Shown: positions 17,606 through 26,338 of the stretch, one piece after another
Numbering within the stretch: the stretch's first letter is position 1
How the letters are laid out: the number at the start of each line of letters is the position of its first letter
Notes under the pieces: model-generated
Databases searched by the model: none
What the model saw: the letters and a program-made list of their open reading frames with translations, nothing else
Told to the model about the DNA's origin: nothing
From: Parcubacteria group bacterium Gr01-1014_13
Lineage (GTDB): Bacteria; Patescibacteriota; Patescibacteriia; Magasanikbacterales; GWA2-37-8
Direction: 5' to 3'
Assembly (NCBI GenBank): GCA_007376295.1
Contig: VMGB01000001.1
Coordinates: 80,424-144,423 of the forward strand
Length of the DNA stretch: 64,000 nt
Translations under genes and position numbers: made by a program

Positions 17606-19345
17606 TTATTTAACCTTTGATCCAAATTTTTGTCCGGAATCATCGGACCGAAGTGCGTTGTTTAAAGGCGCGTGAGAGAGATTGAATTTTTTACCGATAA
17701 ATTCATCGGTTGCCGAAAATTGCAACGAATTTGTCAGTAGAATGTTTTGTCCTATTTGCGCAACTGAAGGAGTAACAGAAACTTCAAAGTATAAACCCGT
17801 CTGGCTATTGGCTGGCAAAGTATTGTATCTCCAAGAAATGGTTCGGTCGGCATTGTTGTAATCTAATTGCGGACCTATAGAGGTGCTTTGTTTGCCGGTG
17901 AATTCTACACCCACTGGCAAGGAGGTGCTAAAAGTAGCTTCGTTAATCGCATTGGTAGTGTTGGTAATTTTTACAAGAATCCAGTATTTAGTCGTCTTTC
18001 CAACTCGCGGAGGCAATGGCCCGCGGCCCAGCTGGTCGCCTTCGGCAGTGTAATAGCGGGTTTCAATATCAAAATCAACTTCGGTAGCCAGTGGTATACG
18101 GGCACGTGAGCCGTCCTGGCTAAACTGTTGACCCGGAGCTTCGCTGACATGGCCTTTTACTGCAGGATATATTTCTAAATTGATTTTTTCTGCCTCGGAT
18201 AAATTAAAACTTGGTAATAAATAAATTTTTACAGTAAATGTATCGGCGCTTCCTGGGTTGCCGTTGCTAAGCTGGGTTCTGGAACTGCTATCAAAAAATA
18301 TCCCAGTTGTTTCTACCTTTGCGCCATTTTCTCTGGCTGTCTTTTTCCAATCGACTACGCTTTGTAAATTTGAAGACAAGTGAAGGGTGATGTTTTGTAA
18401 TTTAAAATCGCTTTTGTTCTGCCATTTTATTTCTATAGGTAAAGCTTGGCCCGGTTCGGCATATCCAGAATTCTCTAACGATCTGGCGTTAGAAATTACT
18501 TGCGGAGCAAAGACGCGCAATTCTTTGGTGGCCGGGGCCTGCGGCACAACATGATTATTGATTATAACTTGTGGGGTGACGCTAAAGGTAAAACTTCCGG
18601 ATTTATTTGGCGTTACAAATTGTCCTTCAATAACCTTGCTGCTGCCAGCCGAAAGCAAGATATTTTTGGTTTCTTTCTCACTCATTACATCCGCATTCCA
18701 ATTATTGATAACGGATATATTATTTACTTCACGGTTGCTGGAATTGGTAAGAGTGTAAGTAAATTTAATATTGGCATTAGGCAAAGTGGATGTAGTCATG
18801 GTTAATTTGCCGGCCAAAACACTGTCAGGCATGCGCGAAACAAAAGAAGACAACTTTTGTTCCCGGCCGGGATTGTTTTCCGGTTCATACGATAAGTTGG
18901 CAATTAACAACTCTTCTTTATTTGGTTCGCTCCAAAACCAGCCGTAAATTTCCGCTTGGCCAGTAGCACCAGCCTTTATTTCTTTGATAGCCGGGAAGAT
19001 AAAGTCATCAGAGAAAGTGTCTTTTGAAGTTTTGCTTCGGTCGATTATGAAGCCCTCTGGCAAATGTAGGGCCAAAGATACGTTGTTTAATTTAAATTTA
19101 CTTTTATTTTTATATTTTATTGTCAGATAAACTTCTTGTCCGCTTTTTATCCGTTCATTGCCCAGAGACATTGATACATCAATCGAGGTTGTGAGGCTTG
19201 GTTTCCAAAGCCACAAAAACATTGTGCTGCCAAGCAGGATTAGGGAAAAAGCAAACAGAGCCAAATCAAAAATGAATAGTTTTTTGGCGTGTTGGTAGTT
19301 ATTATGGTACCGTTTGCGGTAGTGACCTTTTAAAAATTTGAGCAT
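17606..19345 (-). CDS. Membrane-anchored protein with tandem Ig-like (DUF11-like) domains
   Basis: Single N-terminal TM; repeated 'I.Y.N.S...L.N..L.L.LP.G' strand patterns; GPLPPRVGKTTKYWI. Confidence 0.7.
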   Translation of the reverse strand: MLKFLKGHYRKRYHNNYQHAKKLFIFDLALFAFSLILLGSTMFLWLWKPSLTTSIDVSMSLGNERIKSGQEVYLTIKYKNKSKFKLNNVSLALHLPEGFIIDRSKTSKDTFSDDFIFPAIKEIKAGATGQAEIYGWFWSEPNKEELLIANLSYEPENNPGREQKLSSFVSRMPDSVLAGKLTMTTSTLPNANIKFTYTLTNSSNREVNNISVINNWNADVMSEKETKNILLSAGSSKVIEGQFVTPNKSGSFTFSVTPQVIINNHVVPQAPATKELRVFAPQVISNARSLENSGYAEPGQALPIEIKWQNKSDFKLQNITLHLSSNLQSVVDWKKTARENGAKVETTGIFFDSSSRTQLSNGNPGSADTFTVKIYLLPSFNLSEAEKINLEIYPAVKGHVSEAPGQQFSQDGSRARIPLATEVDFDIETRYYTAEGDQLGRGPLPPRVGKTTKYWILVKITNTTNAINEATFSTSLPVGVEFTGKQSTSIGPQLDYNNADRTISWRYNTLPANSQTGLYFEVSVTPSVAQIGQNILLTNSLQFSATDEFIGKKFNLSHAPLNNALRSDDSGQKFGSKVK

Positions 19346-19423
19346 AATTCTAGACCGTATTATATAACTTTTGTTTGTTTTTTACAAACCAAAACCCTCC
19401 GTTGAGGAGGAGGGTTTAAAAAA

Positions 19424-19771
19424 TTATTTTTCAGGGTTTTCTTCATCCTCTGGTTCCTTTTCAGTTTCTTTAGTAACAACAATTTTTGGGTTAGGGGAGT
19501 AGAGAGGATTTTTTATTTTCCAGTTTCCTACAAATTGGCCAATACCTTTGTTTTCTAATTTGTTTTTTAAAGTTGTATGTCTTTGCGACCACTTCACCAA
19601 ACTCTCAAAGTTTAATTTGTATCTACCTGCAACAATTATATATGTAACTTCTTGAGCGGTAATGGCGCGTCTTATGGTTTGAGCATTAACACCAAAAAGC
19701 TTAGCCGCTTCTGATATAGATACACGTATTACTTCTTTTGGCTTTTCATTTGTGTCAGCTTGATCGATCAT
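19424..19771 (-). CDS. Excisionase/BldC-like (MerR-type, HTH_17) helix-turn-helix protein
   Basis: VSISEAAKLFGVNAQTIRRAI....GRYKL winged-HTH pattern; ATG 19771 is the likely start. Confidence 0.82.
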   Translation of the reverse strand: MIDQADTNEKPKEVIRVSISEAAKLFGVNAQTIRRAITAQEVTYIIVAGRYKLNFESLVKWSQRHTTLKNKLENKGIGQFVGNWKIKNPLYSPNPKIVVTKETEKEPEDEENPEK

Positions 19772-19778
19772 AACGTTG

Positions 19779-19971
19779 TTTGTATACATTAGTGTATACA
19801 AATATTAACAAGCGCTAGTTTTTATGTCAAGAGTGAAGGTTATTTACCTGATAAATTATAGTTATTTGTATACACTAGTGTATACAAATATACAGAAAAA
19901 AGCTGATAAACACTAGGGTTAGGCAAAATTGATCTACACTCAATCATTTGTATACACTAGTGTATACAAAT
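19779..19971. repeat. Three copies of palindrome TTTGTATACA(C/T)TAGTGTATACAAA
   Basis: Copies at 19779-19802 (1 mismatch), 19863-19890 (28-bp perfect) and 19946-19971 (26-bp perfect). Confidence 0.95.
19802..19830 (-). promoter_or_regulatory. sigma70 promoter of the HTH gene
   Basis: TTGACA (19830-19825), 17 bp, TAATAT (19807-19802) with extended TG; the predicted start site falls inside palindrome 1. Confidence 0.65.
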
Positions 19972-20220
19972 TAAGTCGTATTTTAGTTTAAAAATGTTCG
20001 ACAAGTTAACAGGTTAAACCCTGCTTAAGTATCGGGGATCATTGTAGCTTAATCGGAAGTTCAAACACCCTCACTTTTGATAGGTATATTTAGGTACATA
20101 TATAATGTAATAAATTTGACCTAAATATGGGTTTCTGATAAACTGCTTATCACCCCGCTATGTACTGACTTATCGCTAGAAAAGGGCGAATTATGTGTAA
20201 TTAGGGTATATATAGGTAGG

Positions 20221-20248
20221 TGTAACATTATTGCTCACTTTACGTCTA
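20221..20248 (+). promoter_or_regulatory. ECF-type autoregulatory promoter
   Basis: TGTAAC-N16-CGTCTA ending 5 bp before the sigma ATG; matches the AAC/CGT consensus of ECF promoters. Confidence 0.7.
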
Positions 20249-20253
20249 CTATA

Positions 20254-20835
20254 ATGTCCAGAAGCAACTTCAACGAAAAACTCCTACTTTTAAAGCTTCG
20301 TACGACAGAAGATCCTGAAGCTTTCGCTAAGTTATATGATATCTATGCAAAACGTATCTATAGCTTTGTTTTTTTTAAAGTTTCAAATCGTGAGGAAGCA
20401 GAGGATATAACATCGGAAGTTTTTCTAAAAGCTTGGCGGTATATAAATGAGAAAAAGAAAATAGAAAGTTTTAGCGGTCTGCTTTATAGATTAGCGCGCA
20501 ATTGCGTGATCGATCTATACCGATCAAGATCAAAACAAAAAGAAACCTTGTCGATTGATACGGAAATAACGATAGAAATTGGCGATGCTGGAAAATGGAA
20601 AGAAGATTTGGGAGAAGAGATAGTGAATAAGCTGGAGATGCAAAAAATAGTGGGAGCCTTACAAAAAATGAAACAAGAATACAGAGAAGTGGTAACCCTG
20701 AGATATGTAGATGAATTGGAAGTAAGCGAGATTGCCGAAATTACCGGCAAAGGACATATAGCAGTCAGAGTAACTTTGCACCGGGGTTTAAAAAAACTTA
20801 AAGAACTATTAAAAGAACAGCCAGCGGTTGAATAA
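20254..20835 (+). CDS. ECF RNA polymerase sigma factor
   Basis: AFAKLYD, AEDITSEVFLKAW, LYRLARN, region 4 EIAEITG....VRVTLHRG. Confidence 0.93.
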   Translation: MSRSNFNEKLLLLKLRTTEDPEAFAKLYDIYAKRIYSFVFFKVSNREEAEDITSEVFLKAWRYINEKKKIESFSGLLYRLARNCVIDLYRSRSKQKETLSIDTEITIEIGDAGKWKEDLGEEIVNKLEMQKIVGALQKMKQEYREVVTLRYVDELEVSEIAEITGKGHIAVRVTLHRGLKKLKELLKEQPAVE

Positions 20836-20840
20836 AAATT

Positions 20841-22181
20841 ATGTCCCGTGACTTAATTAAACAACTTAAATCTCTGAAACAGGCAGAGGTAAGACCAAGC
20901 GAGAAGTGGTTGAAAAACAACCGCGAGCTTTTGTTGTCCCAAATTAAAAACACGGTTACTCCAAAAGAAAAAACTAAATTTAATTTTGAAACTGTCTGGC
21001 AAGCAATGTCCATATTTTTGCCATATTCATTTGTACACAAAGTTGTACGCCCAATAGTTGTGCTTTTGCTTGTAGTTGGTATGGGTATCAGCAGCTGGGT
21101 AGTAGCAGCTAGCGCCTCTTCCGAATCTTTGCCTGGCGAATGGCTTTATTCCGCCAAGAGAGTAGCAGAAAAAACTCAGGTCATAATGGCCGATGTGGTA
21201 GGGGATACAAATGGCTCCACAATGTTGCATGTTGAATTTGCTAAACGAAGAGCGGAAGAAACCAGAGACATTGTTTCTCAAAATGACCCGTCTAAAATTG
21301 AAATAGCCGCTCAAACAGTTAGTGATCTAAAAGAAGAGATGCGAACTGTCAGTACTAAATTGGAAGAAATAAAGACAACTCAGGATTCAAAAGCGGAAAT
21401 GGCTCAAAACATAAATCAAAATGCTCAAGAAATAAAGGATGTTTTAAAAGAAGTAAAAGTAAATCTTTTGACTAACTCTGACACTACTAGCAGCAGTGAT
21501 GATTTGTCTGCTCAAGTTTCTGAAGTAAAAAATTTAGCCAAAGATACTGCGGTAAGAGCTGTAGAAATTATGGTTGAAAAACATTTACAAGGAGATACAA
21601 CTGTTTCTAAAGACGATGTTAAACAAGCTATAAACGTTCAATTGCAATCTGCTATTAAAGATGCGAATGACTCCAAACAAAGCGTTGATGAAGTAAATAA
21701 AGTATTGGGTGTAGTAAAAACAGAAGTAGATGGTTTAGCCCATGATGCTAAGGGAACGGATTTAGTAAGCACTACCCAAGCATTGTCCGATAAAATTGAC
21801 GCTACTTCCAAACAGACTCAGGCCGCAGTTAGTAGTACCAAACAATTTAATGTTGTAGCCGGTAAAACAGTTGATGAAGGACAGATGTTGTTGTCTCAAG
21901 ATAATTTAACTTCGGCTGTGGATAAAATTAAAGAAGCAAACACTGCCACTACTCAATCCGAAAAAATTACCGATGATACTTTGAAAGCAGTGCAAAATGT
22001 TCTGCCAGTTGTAGCTGTGGCTACAGATGCGCCGATTGTTTCCACCACCGTTGTTCTTGCTACCACGACAAGCAGCAGTTTGAATATCATATTAAGCGTA
22101 TCTACAACTATAAAAATCACTACATCCACTCCGGCGATGGTGATTTCTAGTAGCACCGGTTTAACCACTACAAAAAAATAA
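20841..22181 (+). CDS. Putative anti-sigma factor with DUF5667 domain
   Basis: Follows ECF sigma; TM then SLPGEWLYSAKRVAE..FAKRRAEE, helical region and Thr/Ser-rich tail. Confidence 0.75.
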   Translation: MSRDLIKQLKSLKQAEVRPSEKWLKNNRELLLSQIKNTVTPKEKTKFNFETVWQAMSIFLPYSFVHKVVRPIVVLLLVVGMGISSWVVAASASSESLPGEWLYSAKRVAEKTQVIMADVVGDTNGSTMLHVEFAKRRAEETRDIVSQNDPSKIEIAAQTVSDLKEEMRTVSTKLEEIKTTQDSKAEMAQNINQNAQEIKDVLKEVKVNLLTNSDTTSSSDDLSAQVSEVKNLAKDTAVRAVEIMVEKHLQGDTTVSKDDVKQAINVQLQSAIKDANDSKQSVDEVNKVLGVVKTEVDGLAHDAKGTDLVSTTQALSDKIDATSKQTQAAVSSTKQFNVVAGKTVDEGQMLLSQDNLTSAVDKIKEANTATTQSEKITDDTLKAVQNVLPVVAVATDAPIVSTTVVLATTTSSSLNIILSVSTTIKITTSTPAMVISSSTGLTTTKK

Positions 22182-22395
22182 AAAATAATTTTCTTTTTCT
22201 TTGGTATGGAATCCGGACTCAGTCGGGATTGCACACGAGAGAGAAAGGAAAAAAGTTAATCACGGTTTTTGCATCAGGTCGAGGGCTCATAAAGAGCTCG
22301 CAAAACCATTGTATCCCCACACGGGGAAAAACTTTGGTCTTAGTGACGTCATATTAAGTGATGCGCATAAGATCAAGGAATAAATAATTTAAATT

Positions 22396-25300
22396 ATGAG
22401 CGATGTATTAAAATTCGGGAAGAAAGTCTTCACGTCCAGTGTCGTCGGCGCCACTATGTTGTGGTCTGTCGGCGTTTCTGCATTGTTGCCAGCTGTTGCT
22501 AACGCTGCAGTTTGCCCAGCAATGAGTTCAGGAGACATGGTAAAGGTATCTGGAAAACCAGCTATCTATTCTGTGAACAACTCAATGAAGATTCTATATT
22601 TCCCTTCAGGTGATGAATTCAAGAGTTGGACTAGCCTTTCAGCAACTGCCCCTAATCAGTATGCTTCCCAAGGTTATCTAACAATCACTCAAGATTGTTT
22701 CGATTCTTTATCAGTTCCTAGCACATACCCAGGTGGCGTAAACTTCCGCCCAGGTTCATACGTTGTCAAGAGACCTTCTTCTGATCAATTGTATGTTGTA
22801 TTGCCAGGCAACAGTCTAGCTAAAATTAGCTCAACTGATGCTAAAGCTTTATACGGAACTAACTACAAAGTAATGACTGTTGCCGATGCTTTCTGGCCTC
22901 ACTATGTAAATAGAGGAGCCGATGTTGCTGGTACAGTTCATGAAGGTATGTTGGTAAGTAATGACGGCAAAACTTGGTATGTAGATGCTGGTATGAAATT
23001 ACGAGAAGTAACAGCTGCAGGCATGACCGCAAACAGATTCAAAGCTGGTTGGGTTCACGCTGTTCCAGCTTCTTACTTAGCAGGCACTTCAGTTGGTGCT
23101 ATGCTTGATTCAATGGAATCTACTTTAACTAACAGAACTCAGGACGGAGCTGTGACTCCAGGTCCAGCCCCAGTTGGCGGAAACCTAACTGTTTCTTTGG
23201 CCGCTGATAATCCAGCTGCTGCCAATTTAGCAGATGGTTCTGCTTACAACAGTGTCTTAAAATTAAACTTAAGAGCTGGTTCAGCAGCCACTAATGTTAC
23301 AGGAATTACTTTGACTAAGACTGGTTTAATTGCTAATACCAATATAACCGGCGTTAGTGTTTGGGATGCTCAAGGCAATCGCCATGGCGATGTTATGAGT
23401 TCTTTAACTTCTGACAACAAGGTAACTGTAAGTTTCGGCTCTTACCCAATCATGGTAGCCGCAGGTGGTTCTGAATCATTACTAGTTGCAGTAAATATCG
23501 CCACCACTGCTAACTCCGGTTTAGTTGGCTTCAATGTGAATGCTGCTACCGATATTATGAGTAATGGCACTGCTGGCGGATCATTCCCAATCGTTGGTAA
23601 CCAGATGTCTATCATTGACGGCAATGCCTCTTTGGGCGCTTTCACCGTTACTGGTCAGTCCGTTGGTGGTTCTGCCAACCAACCAGCTAGCACTGCTGCT
23701 GGAAACTTAAATATTGGTGACTTACAAAAAGAAGTTGCTAAATTTAGATTTACCGAAACTAGCGGCAATGAAGATCTGACAGTTTCCCGGTTGACTTTCT
23801 ATGCAGCTGGTACTATCCAAGACAGCGACTTAGCTAACATCAGCGTATACGGACCGGATGGCGCTTTGCTTGGCAATGGCGGTAGTTTGAGTAACCGTTA
23901 TGTAACGGTTAAATTCGCTACTTCATACGTTGTGCCAAAGAGCACCAACCGAGATCTCTCTGTAAAAGTTGACGTTATAAACGGTTCAACCCGCAATTTC
24001 AATATCCACTTACAGAGCGACTACGACATGCTAGTAAAAGGCAATACTACCGGATTCTTCATCTTACCTACCAGCTTTACCGATACAACCAGCACTAGCG
24101 CTTGGTTTAATATGGGTTCTGGTACCTTGACTGTAAACAAGACCCCAAGTTCTCCAGCTGGAAACATTTCCTCTGGCGCATCAAATGTTGTTTTGGCTAG
24201 ATTCGATGTTAAAGCCACTGGCGAAAACATGGAATTACGCAAGATGGGTCTTGGTATCAACAGAGGTAATGGATCTGTGTTAGCCTTAACAGGTAATGTT
24301 ACTGTTCGTGACGCTTCAGACGGAACTGTATATTTGACAGTTGCTGCGTCAACTGCGGATCTATACACTCCAGCCGCAGCTCAGCGTAACTTATCAAGCT
24401 ACATTAACCTTACTGCTAATCAGACAAAGACATTGGAAGTAATTGGTAGTGTTAACACAACCGCAACTTCTGGAAACAGCTATATAGTAGGAGTTGGTAA
24501 TTTCTATGCGAAGAGAGCTTCGACATTAGACTTTGCTGATAACCTGCCAAACAGCACTAACACCAGCACAGCTGCCAACCAATTAACAGTTAGCGCAACT
24601 TCGCTAACCTGCAACAGAGACACAGCTATGGGTAGCGTTACCCGCGCTGCTGGTACTACTTCAGTTATCGCTCAGTACATTTGTACAGCCGGTACCTCCG
24701 AAGATGTTCGCTTGAGCAATACCAATATTAACTTTGGTCCAGTTTCAGGCGGAACTGCTGCTAGCACATTCCAAAACATGTCGCTTTGGAACGGATCTAC
24801 TCAATTGGGTACAACTATAAGCACCGTTGCTTCCTCTTCTAACTCTTATAGTTTTGATCTTACTGTTCCAAAGAACGGAACTGTAATGTTACAGGTAAAG
24901 GCGTTGATTGTTTCCGGAGCAACCGCAGTAGTAACCACTTCCTTTGGAAGTTATAACTTTAACGGTAAAGATAGTGGAACTGCCGGAACTGGTAACCCAG
25001 TAGCCGGTCAGCAAGTCACTGTTGGATCCGGTAACTTATATATTACTGCTGTATCCGATGCTACAACCATTGGAAAGATTTACGGTCCTTCTCAAGCAAG
25101 TGTACAGTTAGGCAAGTGGAAATTCACCGCTACTAACGATGACATTACTTTGAAAAAGTTGACCTTAACCTCTCGCAATGCGCACGTTACCGGCGGAGAC
25201 CAGACTGCGTTGGGTACATTTGGCACACTATCCTTATACGATGGTTCAACCAAATTAGCTGATGCTAGTTATGTCACCGGTGACGTAGTATTTACTGGCT

Positions 25301-26157
25301 TTAGCGCTTCCATCCCAATGGATAGTTATAAAGTCTTTACACTAAAAGGCGGTACAACTGCTTCTGGTGTAATCTCCAGTAACACCACTACGGTCTTCGT
25401 TGTGAAGAGCGACAGCAATACAGATATGGAAGCCATGTCTTCCGCTGGTTCATTGTTGGGAACTGCAGATATTTCTGCAACTTCCTCTACAAGCAACAGT
25501 CTTGCTGAAACCAGATTTGCCACATCCACCCAGTACTTCTTCCATGATGCTTACCCAACTATGGTAGCCACATCACTTGGAAGCTCGCTAGGTTTGGATA
25601 CTACAGCTCAAATCCTTAAATTCACCATTACCAATTCCGGTACTCGTGACTTAAGATTTGGTTCAAGTACAATCGCAGTCAGCGTATCTGGCTTGCAAGG
25701 CAATTCAGGTCCTACCGCATCTAGTGGTACGATCAGAGGCTTCAGATTGTATGAAGAGGGCGCCCCTGGTACATTGGGAACACGTCTCGCCGGTGGTACT
25801 GCTAACGATTCCGCTGATGTGGTAATCGCTTCAAGCACTGCCAGCCCTTCAAACGTAACCTTTGACCCGACCAATGATGTAAACAGCCTGTTGGATAACT
25901 TTGTTATCTCTCCAGGTTCTAGCAGAACATTGATCGTTACTGCCGACACCTCCAATATGGGTACTACAAAGACAGCGGGAACTTCTGTGACCGTGTCTGC
26001 GAAGATCTCCGGTTCAACCGGTTGGAGCGGCACAGCTTGGAACACAGGTAACTTGTTCTACTACTACACTGCAGTAGGTGGTACTGAGAACACAGTTCCT
26101 TTCACTCACTCAGATTCTTACGATGTACAAGGTTCAACAATGAGCCGGTCCTTCTAA
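22396..26157 (+). CDS. Large secreted S-layer-like surface protein
   Basis: 1253 aa with signal peptide, three N-terminal repeats and Ser/Thr/Gly-rich beta-sandwich repeats; strong terminator. Confidence 0.75.
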   Translation: MSDVLKFGKKVFTSSVVGATMLWSVGVSALLPAVANAAVCPAMSSGDMVKVSGKPAIYSVNNSMKILYFPSGDEFKSWTSLSATAPNQYASQGYLTITQDCFDSLSVPSTYPGGVNFRPGSYVVKRPSSDQLYVVLPGNSLAKISSTDAKALYGTNYKVMTVADAFWPHYVNRGADVAGTVHEGMLVSNDGKTWYVDAGMKLREVTAAGMTANRFKAGWVHAVPASYLAGTSVGAMLDSMESTLTNRTQDGAVTPGPAPVGGNLTVSLAADNPAAANLADGSAYNSVLKLNLRAGSAATNVTGITLTKTGLIANTNITGVSVWDAQGNRHGDVMSSLTSDNKVTVSFGSYPIMVAAGGSESLLVAVNIATTANSGLVGFNVNAATDIMSNGTAGGSFPIVGNQMSIIDGNASLGAFTVTGQSVGGSANQPASTAAGNLNIGDLQKEVAKFRFTETSGNEDLTVSRLTFYAAGTIQDSDLANISVYGPDGALLGNGGSLSNRYVTVKFATSYVVPKSTNRDLSVKVDVINGSTRNFNIHLQSDYDMLVKGNTTGFFILPTSFTDTTSTSAWFNMGSGTLTVNKTPSSPAGNISSGASNVVLARFDVKATGENMELRKMGLGINRGNGSVLALTGNVTVRDASDGTVYLTVAASTADLYTPAAAQRNLSSYINLTANQTKTLEVIGSVNTTATSGNSYIVGVGNFYAKRASTLDFADNLPNSTNTSTAANQLTVSATSLTCNRDTAMGSVTRAAGTTSVIAQYICTAGTSEDVRLSNTNINFGPVSGGTAASTFQNMSLWNGSTQLGTTISTVASSSNSYSFDLTVPKNGTVMLQVKALIVSGATAVVTTSFGSYNFNGKDSGTAGTGNPVAGQQVTVGSGNLYITAVSDATTIGKIYGPSQASVQLGKWKFTATNDDITLKKLTLTSRNAHVTGGDQTALGTFGTLSLYDGSTKLADASYVTGDVVFTGFSASIPMDSYKVFTLKGGTTASGVISSNTTTVFVVKSDSNTDMEAMSSAGSLLGTADISATSSTSNSLAETRFATSTQYFFHDAYPTMVATSLGSSLGLDTTAQILKFTITNSGTRDLRFGSSTIAVSVSGLQGNSGPTASSGTIRGFRLYEEGAPGTLGTRLAGGTANDSADVVIASSTASPSNVTFDPTNDVNSLLDNFVISPGSSRTLIVTADTSNMGTTKTAGTSVTVSAKISGSTGWSGTAWNTGNLFYYYTAVGGTENTVPFTHSDSYDVQGSTMSRSF

Positions 26158-26204
26158 TGAGTTTGTTAGAGAAGAAAGAGTGCTAATGAGCAATTGTTAG
26201 TACG

Positions 26205-26245
26205 ACCAAACAACCCCTCGCCAATTTGGCGGGGGGTTTTGGTTT
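26205..26245 (+). terminator. Intrinsic terminator of surface protein gene
   Basis: AACCCCTCGCCA-ATT-TGGCGGGGGGTT hairpin plus T-rich tail. Confidence 0.8.
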
Positions 26246-26338
26246 GGCTGGTTGGCTATGAAACTTGACAATTTAGCTAATTTATAGTATAGTTTCAACA
26301 CTTTCTGCCCCAGTTAGGCAGATTTTTAAATTATATTT

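Noticed and set aside
19772-19801. N-terminal extension MYTLMYTNNV of the HTH ORF
   Set aside because: It is the translation of palindrome 1 and overlaps the predicted transcription start; ATG 19771 is preferred.
19779-19971. CRISPR array interpretation of the three palindromes
   Set aside because: Only three copies, spacers of about 58-62 bp, fully palindromic AT-rich units, one copy over a promoter, and no cas genes. These fit protein-binding sites better.
22201-22383. 60-aa ORF in the S-layer leader
   Set aside because: TTG start, no recognisable motif, and it overlaps the predicted RNA structure.
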